Source: Bdellovibrionales bacterium (GTDB lineage: Bacteria; Bdellovibrionota; UBA1018; CAIMNF01). From it: a stretch of 64,000 bases of DNA. Location: NCBI GenBank assembly GCA_040380025.1, contig JBEIJY010000004.1, positions 45,851 to 109,850 on the forward strand, read 5' to 3'. Under the pieces are notes generated by a model. The model was not told the origin of the DNA, made no database searches, and saw nothing but the letters and a program-made list of their open reading frames with translations. Shown here in pieces: positions 8,090 through 16,780 of the stretch; within the stretch, counting starts at the first letter, position 1; each line of letters begins with the position of its first letter. A program made the translations under genes and the position numbers.

Positions 8090-10381
8090 CTACAGTTCCT
8101 TTCCTTCTCTGCGGGCATTGTACACTTCAAAGGCGGTGATTGCCGCCATATTCACGATGTCGTTCACATCCGATCCGCGCTGGAGCACGCAGACCGGCTT
8201 GTTCATCCCGACCAGAATCGGGCCGATGGCCTCGACTCCGCCCATGCGCCAAACGAGCTTGTAGGCGATGTTCGCCGCATGAAGATTCGGGAAGATCAGG
8301 ATGTTCGCATCACCGGGAACCTGATTGAACGGGAAGCTCTCGGACGAGATGTCGGGCTTCAGGGCCGTATCGGCTTGCATCTCTCCGTCCACGATGAGCC
8401 CGGGATGGCGCTCGCGCAGGATTTTCACGGCATTTCGGGGCGCGTGGGTTGCGGGGTGATCGTTCGAGCCAAAGTTCGAGAACGACAGCATCGCGACTCT
8501 GGGCTCGGTACCGGTCGAGGTCTTGACGAGCTCGGCCGTGGTGGCGGCGATGTTCGCAAGCGCCTCGGCATCGGGCTCGACATTGATGGTGGTATCGGCG
8601 AACCAGTAGGTCTTCTTTTTGTTCGCGATCATGTAAATTCCGGCCAGGGTCTTGCCGGGCTTCACGCCGATCACCTGGAGCGCGGGCTTCAGGGTATCAG
8701 GATAGCTCTGGGCGATCCCGCCGATGGTTCCATCGGCAAGGCCCTCCTCGACCATCATCGCCGCAAAGTAGGTGCTTTGCTTCATGAGGACCTCGGCATT
8801 GGCGAGGGTCACCCCCTTGCGCTGGCGCTTCTGAAAAAACCGCTCGGCAAAGCGCGGCAGAAGCTCGCTTTGCGAGGGCCGGATGATCTGCACGCCGTCG
8901 AGCGCGTCCTCGAGCCCGAGACGCACGATCTCGGCGCGGATTTTCTCGGGGTTTCCGAGCAGAATCGGCTCGCAGACATTGTCATCGCGGACGATCTTCG
9001 CCGCATGCAGGATTTTTTGATGCTCGCCTTCGGGGAACACGAGCGTGATTTTGCGCCCGAGGTCGCGCTCGGCCTTGCGCACCTGCTTGCGGACGAACCG
9101 CATGGCCGTATAGGTGAATCCCAAAAAGCTCTCGAGCTTCTCGCGGTAGGCCTTGGTGTCGATCGTGATCCGCGCCACACCCGAATCCATCGCGGCTTGC
9201 GCCACGGCGGGAGCCACATACAACAGCGCACGCCGGTCGAAGGGTTTCGGAATCAGATAATCGCGGCCGAACTTGAACTGCTGACCGCCATAGGCGCGCG
9301 AAACATACTCGGGCACGTCTTCTTTTGCGAGCTGGGCCAGCGCCTTCACGGCGGCCATCTTCATCTCTTCGTTGATCGCCATCGCGCGCGTATCGAGCGC
9401 GCCACGGAAGATGAACGGAAAGCCCAGCACGTTGTTCACCTGGTTCGGATAATCCGAACGGCCCGTGGCGATGATCGCATCGGTCCGGACGCTCAGGATC
9501 TCTTCGGGAAGGATCTCGGGCTCGGGGTTCGCCATCGCAAAAATGATCGGGTCGCGATTCATCTTCGCGACCATTTCTTTGGTCACGATGCCCTTCACCG
9601 AAACTCCGACGAATGCGTCGGCGCCGTCCAAGGCTTCGCCCACCGTGCGTTTGTGGGTCTCGACCGCGAAGCGGTCTTTATAGGGATTCATCCCCTCGGT
9701 GCGGCCCTTGTAAATCACACCCTTCGAATCGCACATGATGATGTTCGAGCGCTTCACGCCGAGGTTGATGTACAGGTTCGCGCATGCGATCGCGGCCGCG
9801 CCGCCTCCGCAGAACACGACCTTCATGTCTTCGATCTTTTTGTTCACAAGCTCGAGTGCATTCAAGAAGGCCGCGCCGCTGATCACCGCCGTGCCGTGCT
9901 GGTCGTCGTGGAACACGGGGATTTTGAGCCGTTTTTTTAACTCTTCTTCGATGTAAAAGCACTCGGGCGCCTTGATGTCCTCGAGGTTGATCCCCCCGAA
10001 GGTGGGTTCGAGCATCTCGCAGGCCCGGATCACATCGTCCGGATTCGGGGCGTTCAGCTCGATATCGAACACGTCGATGTCGGCGAACTTCTTGAAGAGA
10101 ATGCCCTTTCCCTCCATCACGGGCTTCGAGGCCTGGGCCCCGATGTTCCCGAGTCCCAGAACCGCCGTTCCGTTCGAAACCACCGCCACGAGGTTGCCCT
10201 TGGTGGTGTACTCGTAGGCCAAGTTCGGGTCTTCTGCGATCTTCACGCAGGGTTCCGCGACACCCGGGCTGTAGGCAAGAGAGAGATCCTTCTGGGTGGT
10301 GACCGCTTTGGTGGGAATGACTTCGATCTTTCCCTTGCGGCCACTGGAGTGGTACTCGAGCGACTCTTTGTAGATTGACAT
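8090..10381 (-). CDS. maeB: NADP-dependent malic enzyme with phosphotransacetylase-like domain
   Basis: LSLAYSPGVAEPC, INLEDIKAPECF, HDDQHGTA, ATGRSDYPNQVNNVLGFP; C-terminal PTA domain (AMLSFSNFGS, DGEMQAD); start set at MSIYKE. Confidence 0.95.
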   Translation of the reverse strand: MSIYKESLEYHSSGRKGKIEVIPTKAVTTQKDLSLAYSPGVAEPCVKIAEDPNLAYEYTTKGNLVAVVSNGTAVLGLGNIGAQASKPVMEGKGILFKKFADIDVFDIELNAPNPDDVIRACEMLEPTFGGINLEDIKAPECFYIEEELKKRLKIPVFHDDQHGTAVISGAAFLNALELVNKKIEDMKVVFCGGGAAAIACANLYINLGVKRSNIIMCDSKGVIYKGRTEGMNPYKDRFAVETHKRTVGEALDGADAFVGVSVKGIVTKEMVAKMNRDPIIFAMANPEPEILPEEILSVRTDAIIATGRSDYPNQVNNVLGFPFIFRGALDTRAMAINEEMKMAAVKALAQLAKEDVPEYVSRAYGGQQFKFGRDYLIPKPFDRRALLYVAPAVAQAAMDSGVARITIDTKAYREKLESFLGFTYTAMRFVRKQVRKAERDLGRKITLVFPEGEHQKILHAAKIVRDDNVCEPILLGNPEKIRAEIVRLGLEDALDGVQIIRPSQSELLPRFAERFFQKRQRKGVTLANAEVLMKQSTYFAAMMVEEGLADGTIGGIAQSYPDTLKPALQVIGVKPGKTLAGIYMIANKKKTYWFADTTINVEPDAEALANIAATTAELVKTSTGTEPRVAMLSFSNFGSNDHPATHAPRNAVKILRERHPGLIVDGEMQADTALKPDISSESFPFNQVPGDANILIFPNLHAANIAYKLVWRMGGVEAIGPILVGMNKPVCVLQRGSDVNDIVNMAAITAFEVYNARREGKEL

Positions 10382-10423
10382 GATCTTTGCTTTCCTTAGG
10401 GGAGAGAAGGTAGGATAAAAGAG

Positions 10424-11731
10424 ATGGAAACTCAAGTATCGGTTTGGTCGGCCACACGAGCGATGATTTTGATTTCACTCGGGCTCACCACGATCATAGG
10501 TCCGGCACACGCTCACACCATGCTGAGGCCTTTCCAGAACCGGACGGCCTCGCATTCGGGTGCGTTTTTGGATCCTCGAGTCGGTTTTTTTTCGACCTCT
10601 GAGAACTTCAACCAATCCGGAACCCGGACACCGGTCGCAGATCAGGTCACGAACACGCGGATCACGCTCGACGTAAACCTGACCTACGGAGTGACCGATG
10701 ATTGGTTCCTCTTCGGGCGGATCTCTTCGCTCTCGAGCCGAATCTCGAATCCCGCCGGGACCGGCGAACGATCGGCCTTCAATCTTTCAGACCAGCTGAT
10801 CGGAAGCTCCTTCCGGGTGTTGAGCGACTCGGCGTTTTCGTTGAACGTGCAAGCGGAGCTCACCCTCCCCGCCTACAGCAACGAAAGTGCGGCCCTGTCT
10901 GGCTCGCCCTACATGGGAGACGGTACGATCGATGTGACGGGCGGCCTCTTTGCCGAGATCCCCGTCGACTCGGCGGGGGAACTGCTGGTCGAGATCGGCG
11001 GAGGCTACACGCACCGCTCGAAGGGATTTTCTTCGGCCATTCCGTGGAGTGCGCTGTTCAAGCGGGACCCGGTTCGAAGCGGATTTTTGTTCGAGGCCGG
11101 AATGATGGGCCAGGTCTCGCTCAATACCGATGCGAATGCGACCCAAGGCACCCTCCTTGCAGCCTCGGCGGTGGAGCGTGCGCGCGGAGCCGGGATGCTG
11201 GGAGGATCGGACGGAAGCTATCTTCTGCAAGGGATCAATCCCGCCTTTTTGATGATTGCCGCAAAGGCCGGATTCAAAACGAAGTCCGGCACCGGATTCT
11301 ATGCGAGCGGAGCGTTTCCGATCTCGGGAACGAATGTTCCGTTCGGGGTTTCTGCCACGATCGGCGCGTTGTTTGACCTCTCGGCCCCTGCGGCCCGGGC
11401 CGAAGAGACCATGCCCGCGAAGAATGCCGCTCGATCCCGCCCCGGCACGCGCGTGCTCCTGACTCCCGAACGACGATTCCGCTCGTATGATCTCGAAGCG
11501 AAAGTCACCTCGTACAACGACTCGCTCTACTTGGTGAAGATCGACAAGGGAGCGGCGGAGATGGTCGAGAACGGACAGCTTTTTGACATCTTTTCGGGAA
11601 CGGGACAAGAGCCCATCGCCCGGGCGCAGGTGTCGTATGTCAGGGCTGACGAGGCGGCATTGACCGTGTTAGAATATTATCAAGACACTTGGATTGAAAA
11701 AGGCTCGATCGCCCGACGCGTGGTCCGCTGA
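10424..11731 (+). CDS. Exported protein, probable outer-membrane beta-barrel with small C-terminal FlgT-C-like domain (start may be 10463)
   Basis: Signal-like MILISLGLTTIIGPAHA; alternating amphipathic strands; C-terminal YDLEAKV..KIDKG..GQLFDIF. Confidence 0.5.
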   Translation: METQVSVWSATRAMILISLGLTTIIGPAHAHTMLRPFQNRTASHSGAFLDPRVGFFSTSENFNQSGTRTPVADQVTNTRITLDVNLTYGVTDDWFLFGRISSLSSRISNPAGTGERSAFNLSDQLIGSSFRVLSDSAFSLNVQAELTLPAYSNESAALSGSPYMGDGTIDVTGGLFAEIPVDSAGELLVEIGGGYTHRSKGFSSAIPWSALFKRDPVRSGFLFEAGMMGQVSLNTDANATQGTLLAASAVERARGAGMLGGSDGSYLLQGINPAFLMIAAKAGFKTKSGTGFYASGAFPISGTNVPFGVSATIGALFDLSAPAARAEETMPAKNAARSRPGTRVLLTPERRFRSYDLEAKVTSYNDSLYLVKIDKGAAEMVENGQLFDIFSGTGQEPIARAQVSYVRADEAALTVLEYYQDTWIEKGSIARRVVR

Positions 11732-11760
11732 CGCGCAGGCAAGGCCAAAAGGGGGCAGGA

Positions 11761-12552
11761 ATGGTCGGTTCGCTGGGAATTCGGAGCAAAAAATTCGCAC
11801 TCGCACTGGCGTGGATTCTGGCGGGCCTCTCGTTCGCGCTCCCCGCGACGGCGGGCAAATGGTCGAACCAGTTCGTCGAGTTCGAGCTTCCCGCCTCGTG
11901 GGTTTGCCTGCTCGAAGGAACCGAGTGGGTCTGCCAGAACCAGCTCGATGCAGACAAAAAAAAGGAAGCGATCATCATCCTCGCCGCGAAAATCCAGGGC
12001 GATCAGGACACGCTCGATCAGTATCTTTCGTATCTGAAGAGCCCGAAGACCTACACCAACTCGCAGGGCAAATCGATCACCTCGGAAGTGAAGGTTGCGC
12101 AGAATCGCACGATCCATGAGCATCCGTGGGTGGACTCGCTCCATGTCGACTCCGAAGTCCAGGGGTTCTACACCCGCTACCTCGCGACCGTGAAGCAAGG
12201 TCTCGGAATTCTCGTGACCTACTCGGTGAACAAGAACAAATACTCCGAATACAGCGGCATGTTCGAAGACATGGTGAAGTCGCTGAAGGCCTTCCGGCGC
12301 GAGGGCGGACTGAACGCCGCACCAGCCACCTCGAATCTGTTCGGCTCGGCGAAGATCCCGACCGGGATTTCGAACGACACTGTGTTCGATCCCGTTGCCG
12401 GAGCAACCGACGAGAAGCCGAAACCCGTCAAAAAGGCCGGACTCGAAGGACTGCTTGAGGATCTCATGGCGGATCCGTTGCTGTTTTACGGTTCGATCGG
12501 CGTGGTGGCGATCCTGTTGCTCACCGCCCTGAAGAAGAAGCGCAATTCCTGA
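11761..12552 (+). CDS. Hypothetical exported protein with C-terminal membrane anchor
   Basis: Signal peptide ending ALPATA; C-terminal TM followed by KKKRNS. Confidence 0.65.
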   Translation: MVGSLGIRSKKFALALAWILAGLSFALPATAGKWSNQFVEFELPASWVCLLEGTEWVCQNQLDADKKKEAIIILAAKIQGDQDTLDQYLSYLKSPKTYTNSQGKSITSEVKVAQNRTIHEHPWVDSLHVDSEVQGFYTRYLATVKQGLGILVTYSVNKNKYSEYSGMFEDMVKSLKAFRREGGLNAAPATSNLFGSAKIPTGISNDTVFDPVAGATDEKPKPVKKAGLEGLLEDLMADPLLFYGSIGVVAILLLTALKKKRNS

Positions 12553-12577
12553 TCATCCGATCCGGATCACTTCTCGA

Positions 12578-13909
12578 TCACTTCTCGAACACCGGCGGGA
12601 CTCCGGTGATCCGGGCGGACTCCGCGCGGATCCGGGCCATCGCCTCGCGCCCCCGCGGTTTTTTTCCGAGCACCAGAATTGAAGGATCCGAACCGCGAAT
12701 CCACTCCTGCACTACCTTTGCCGTGTCTGCCACCCGGATCTTCGAGACGGCCTGATGGTAGCCTTTCAGCGTCACCCCTCGTTTGAAGAACAGCTCGGAG
12801 GTCGAGATCGCCATCATGCGGGACTCGGAGCTTTCGAGCGAGAGCTCGAAAGAATAAATCAGGCTGTCTTTGATCCGCTTCAGGTCCTTGGTCGGGATCC
12901 CGGCGCGCGCCACACGGGCGAGCTCGGAGTGGAACACGCGAATGGCATCGAGTGCGTTCTCGGTCCGGACTCCGGCGTAAATCGTGAACACGGCGGTGTC
13001 GAGGAACTGGATCGAGTTCGCATACACCGTGTAAGCCCAGCCCTTTTTTTCGCGGATCTCGTCGAACAGGACCGAACTCATGCCGCCGCCCAGATACTGC
13101 TGGACCATCGTCGAGATCACGCGCTCTTTTTGATTGCGAAGGGGCGTATGGAGCCCGTACACCACGTGGGCCTGTTCGGCGTCCTGATCGACCCACCACA
13201 AACCGGGGGTCGTGCTCTCGGGCGGGTTCACTCCCCATGCGGGCTTCAGGCCCGAAGGATTCCCCCGGCCCGGCCAATGGAATTCTCCGATCAGGGCGAA
13301 TTCCCGTTTCGCCCGCTCAAACCCGATGTCGCCCGAAACGGCGATGACCATATTCTCGGGCCGGTACTGCTGATGAAAAAACCGGAGCACTTTCTCGCGG
13401 TCCAAGGACTCCACGCTCTCGACGGTTCCGAGAATGTTCCGTCCGAGCGGGTGTTTGCCGAAGGTTTTTTCGAGAAACCGGTCGAAGGCGTCTTCTTCGG
13501 GGTTTTCGCGGGTCATCGCGATCTCCTGAATCACCACCTGCCGCTCGCGCTCGATTTCTTTTTTTGCGAAGAGCGGCTTGAAGAGGATTTCTTTCAGCAA
13601 CGAGGCGCCGAGCGCCGTCTCTTGCCGGGGCAGATAAAAATGAAAACAAGTGTGTTCGCGCGAGGTGAAGGCATTGAAGTCGCCTCCCACCCGATCGACC
13701 GCCTTCGAGATCTCGGTCGCGCCGCGGCGCTCACTGCCCTTGAAGATCATGTGCTCCAAGAAATGGCACATCCCGGCAGAGTCCGGGTCTTCGTACCGGG
13801 TGCCGGTCTTGACCCAGGCGCCGATCGCGATCGAACGGAGCTCTCGCGCCTCGTCGACGATGAGAGTTAAACCATTCGAATAGATATGTTTTTTCGCTTC
13901 CCGGCGCAT
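12578..13909 (-). CDS. M16 (pitrilysin-family) zinc peptidase
   Basis: HFLEHMIFKGS (HxxEH), FNAFTSRE, LGGGMSSVLFDEIREKKG. Confidence 0.92.
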   Translation of the reverse strand: MRREAKKHIYSNGLTLIVDEARELRSIAIGAWVKTGTRYEDPDSAGMCHFLEHMIFKGSERRGATEISKAVDRVGGDFNAFTSREHTCFHFYLPRQETALGASLLKEILFKPLFAKKEIERERQVVIQEIAMTRENPEEDAFDRFLEKTFGKHPLGRNILGTVESVESLDREKVLRFFHQQYRPENMVIAVSGDIGFERAKREFALIGEFHWPGRGNPSGLKPAWGVNPPESTTPGLWWVDQDAEQAHVVYGLHTPLRNQKERVISTMVQQYLGGGMSSVLFDEIREKKGWAYTVYANSIQFLDTAVFTIYAGVRTENALDAIRVFHSELARVARAGIPTKDLKRIKDSLIYSFELSLESSESRMMAISTSELFFKRGVTLKGYHQAVSKIRVADTAKVVQEWIRGSDPSILVLGKKPRGREAMARIRAESARITGVPPVFEK

Positions 13910-13959
13910 TCAACTTTCCACTATCTATGATATCCTCCGGTCCGCAACAGGAAAAACCG

Positions 13960-14937
13960 ATGGCGAAACGCCCGAAGCCAAAATCTCCTCCAGAATCCGC
14001 ACCTTCCGCCCCGGCGGACCACTCCGCCGAAGGCGCTTTGCCTGTCGTATATAATCCCTATGACCCGACCGTCCTCGAGGGCGCGTCGAAAACGCTCATT
14101 CCGAGCGACCCGCTCAAGCGCTACCTTGCCGAGATCCGGAACTCCCCCGTGCTGACCGCCGAGCAGGAGCAAGCCCTGGCAATCCGGATGCGCGACCAGG
14201 GCGACCTGGTCGCGGCGAAGCTTCTGGTTTCGGCGAATCTCAAGAACGTGGTCCGGATCGCCTACGAATACCGCTCGATGTACCACAACCTGCTCGACCT
14301 GATTCAAGAGGGGAACATCGGGCTCATGCGGGCGGTCTCGAAGTTCGACCCCGAAAAGGGCGTGCGTCTGGGCTATTACGCCACTTGGTGGATTCGCTCC
14401 TATATTTTGAAGTACCTGCTCGATAACTTCAGGCTCGTGCGGGTGGGTACCTCGCACGCGCAAAAAAAGCTCTTTTACCACCTGATGCGCGAGAAACAGC
14501 GCCTTGAGGCGCAGGGAATCCGCGCGGCACCGGCGCTTCTGGCGCAGAACCTCGACGTGAAAGAAAAAGACGTGATCGAGATGGAGCAGCGGCTCCTCTC
14601 GTCGGGCGCGGAGGTTTCGATCGACGCGCCGGCCCCGGGCCACCCGGACGAACCGAATACGGCTTTGTTGAATTCCCTTTTTGACTCAAGCGAAGCGACT
14701 GACTCGGTGTTGGAGCGGGATGAGCTCCTTCGGATCCTCTCGCGCGAGCTCCCGAAGTTCACCTCGGAGCTGAACGAAAAAGAAAAAATGGTCCTGAACG
14801 CCCGCCTGCTCTCGGAAGAGCCGAAGACTCTGCAAGAGGTGGCCGACGAATTCGGACTGACCCGCGAGCGGGTCCGGCAGATCGAGGCCCGTCTGATCGA
14901 AAAGCTCAAGAAGCGCCTTGAGCCGTTTTTGGGGTGA
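13960..14937 (+). CDS. rpoH: RNA polymerase sigma-32 family factor
   Basis: DLIQEGNIGLMRAV, YYATWWIR, RpoH-box-like QKKLFYHL, region 4 TRERVRQIE; AGGA before ATG 13960. Confidence 0.85.
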   Translation: MAKRPKPKSPPESAPSAPADHSAEGALPVVYNPYDPTVLEGASKTLIPSDPLKRYLAEIRNSPVLTAEQEQALAIRMRDQGDLVAAKLLVSANLKNVVRIAYEYRSMYHNLLDLIQEGNIGLMRAVSKFDPEKGVRLGYYATWWIRSYILKYLLDNFRLVRVGTSHAQKKLFYHLMREKQRLEAQGIRAAPALLAQNLDVKEKDVIEMEQRLLSSGAEVSIDAPAPGHPDEPNTALLNSLFDSSEATDSVLERDELLRILSRELPKFTSELNEKEKMVLNARLLSEEPKTLQEVADEFGLTRERVRQIEARLIEKLKKRLEPFLG

Positions 14938-16077
14938 TCAACCTCCGAAGATCGCCTTCAGAGCACGGGGTAGATCCAACACCTCCACCTCGTCCCATCG
15001 CTGGGTGCGAGTCCCCAGGAACACCACGAGCGGATGAGTTTTTTTTCCGTGATACTCAGTGAAGCTCCGCAGTCCCCGCAAATCCCCCGAATCCAGGTTG
15101 GCTGAAGCCTTGATTTCGATGGCAAAAACCCGGTCGTCGATTTCGACGATCAAATTCACCTCGGCTCCGGCCTCCGTCCGGTATCCCGAAATCCGGATGT
15201 CCCGATCCAGAGCATCTGCGGTGGCCCGAATGGACTGAAGCACAAGGTGTTCGAACAGAGCACCGATCCGATCCGGGGATACGGCGAAATTCGACAAGGC
15301 CCCGTTCAGCACTCCCGCATCGAAAAAGAAATACCTCGGATGCTGGATGAGCCTGCGCTTGGAACTTTTCGCGAACGGACCGATCGGGTGGACGACCAGA
15401 GTGTCGCAAAGGATTTCGAAATAGCGTTGGGCCGAAACCCGCTGGATCATCGCTTGGGATGCGAATTTCGTGAAGTCCATCCACTCCCCCGACCGTGCGG
15501 CGCAGACCTCGAAAAAACGAGAAAACCCCTCGATGTTCCGGGTAAGGGCTTCGGCCTGGACCTCCTCTTTCAGATAGGTGGCCGCATAACTCCGGAGCAT
15601 CTTCTCGGTTTCCTTCTGCGAGTCGCCGAGATACGCCCCAGGCAGAAGACCGATCTGCAGGGCTTTCCGGACGTCGAACCGGTCACCGATCTCGAGTGGC
15701 GACAGAGGCCCCATCGCGAAACTCAAAATCCGGCCGGGAAGAAGATTCGCTTGCCCTCGCCGAAGCTTTCGCGCACTCGATCCGGTCAGAAAAAACTTGA
15801 GGGACCTCTCATGGTCGATCAGGGACTGGACGGTGTTCAAAAGTGAGGGGATGCGCTGAATCTCGTCGATGAAAATCGTTTTATGACCTGAAACCTCACG
15901 TCGCAGAAGCCCCGGATCCTTCAGGTGGGCGAGGAACACCTCTTGGTCCGCAAGGTCGATCTCGAGATCCGGCCCGAGGCTTCGGATCAAGGTCGACTTT
16001 CCGGTCTGCCGGGCGCCGAGCAGTAAAATGGATTTCCTTGATTCCTTCAATTCCGGAGCAATGAGTCTCTGAATCAC
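14938..16077 (-). CDS. AAA_14 ATPase with DUF4143 (PD-(D/E)xK-like) domain
   Basis: GARQTGKST, FIDEIQ, LTGSSA, YFFFDAG, GALFE, AIEIKAS. Confidence 0.88.
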   Translation of the reverse strand: MIQRLIAPELKESRKSILLLGARQTGKSTLIRSLGPDLEIDLADQEVFLAHLKDPGLLRREVSGHKTIFIDEIQRIPSLLNTVQSLIDHERSLKFFLTGSSARKLRRGQANLLPGRILSFAMGPLSPLEIGDRFDVRKALQIGLLPGAYLGDSQKETEKMLRSYAATYLKEEVQAEALTRNIEGFSRFFEVCAARSGEWMDFTKFASQAMIQRVSAQRYFEILCDTLVVHPIGPFAKSSKRRLIQHPRYFFFDAGVLNGALSNFAVSPDRIGALFEHLVLQSIRATADALDRDIRISGYRTEAGAEVNLIVEIDDRVFAIEIKASANLDSGDLRGLRSFTEYHGKKTHPLVVFLGTRTQRWDEVEVLDLPRALKAIFGG

Positions 16078-16081
16078 GATA

Positions 16082-16108
16082 TGTTCATTTTACGACGTAA
16101 TTTGAACA
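16082..16108. promoter_or_regulatory. Imperfect palindrome directly upstream of the AAA-DUF4143 gene
   Basis: TGTTCATTTTACG-A-CGTAATTTGAACA, 11 of 13 arm positions pair; overlaps minus-strand TAAAAT. Confidence 0.45.
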
Positions 16109-16339
16109 CGATCAAACAAAACCGCTCGATCGCACCGTCTCACCTGCAATCCCATTCCCATCCGCCTCCCCGCTTGGTCCCCCTCCCCCCGAGATCGCTC
16201 TTTACAGGGTTTCCCGGCCTGTGGTAAGCCTTACCGGACTAAATCATACGAAACCAAGCCGGGGCCCGGAGTCAGGTGATCCTAAAAACAGGTGATTTTG
16301 ATTCGCTCCGGAGAAGTACAGTTAAGGAAACCACTCGAC

Positions 16340-16630
16340 ATGCAAATGGGCAAAGCTCGTAAAACGCAAATCAAAGCCAAAACGGCCAACCTGGTCCAGA
16401 CCTTCGGAGCCCAAAGCTCGAACTCCGGTTCGACCGAAGTTCAAATCGCCCTGATCACCGACCGGATCAACTCGCTGAACCCCCACTTTCAAAAACACGC
16501 AAAAGACCACTCCTCGCGCCTCGGGCTCCTGAAGCTCGTCGGTCAGCGTCGTCGTCTTCTGAACTACCTGAAGTCCCGGGACGAAGCCGGTTACAACCAG
16601 CTCCTCGCCAAACTCGAACTCAGAAAATAA
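16340..16630 (+). CDS. rpsO: 30S ribosomal protein S15
   Basis: GSTEVQIALIT, KDHSSRLGLLKLVGQRRRLLNYL; AAGGA upstream; precedes pnp. Confidence 0.97.
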   Translation: MQMGKARKTQIKAKTANLVQTFGAQSSNSGSTEVQIALITDRINSLNPHFQKHAKDHSSRLGLLKLVGQRRRLLNYLKSRDEAGYNQLLAKLELRK

Positions 16631-16637
16631 TTCTTTC

Positions 16638-16710
16638 ACTGCGAAGCATGCACTTTTCCGGTTCCCGCGGAAGCGGAAAAGTGCGCAAAATGCTTCGCAG
16701 TTTTGTTTTT
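16638..16710 (+). terminator. Long hairpin with U-tract between rpsO and pnp (terminator and/or RNase III stem)
   Basis: ACTGCGAAGCAT/ATGCTTCGCAGT and GCACTTTTCCG/CGGAAAAGTGC perfect stems, then TTTGTTTTT. Confidence 0.7.
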
Positions 16711-16780
16711 AAAACCCGATCGGAAGTCCGGGATGGCTTCCGTGTCTGACTTTTCATATCCCAGATAAAGGACATCAATC

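Noticed and set aside
16255..16315. S15 autoregulatory leader (CCGGAG..CTCCGG stem)
   Set aside because: Plausible position, but I cannot match it to a known S15 leader family without a covariance search
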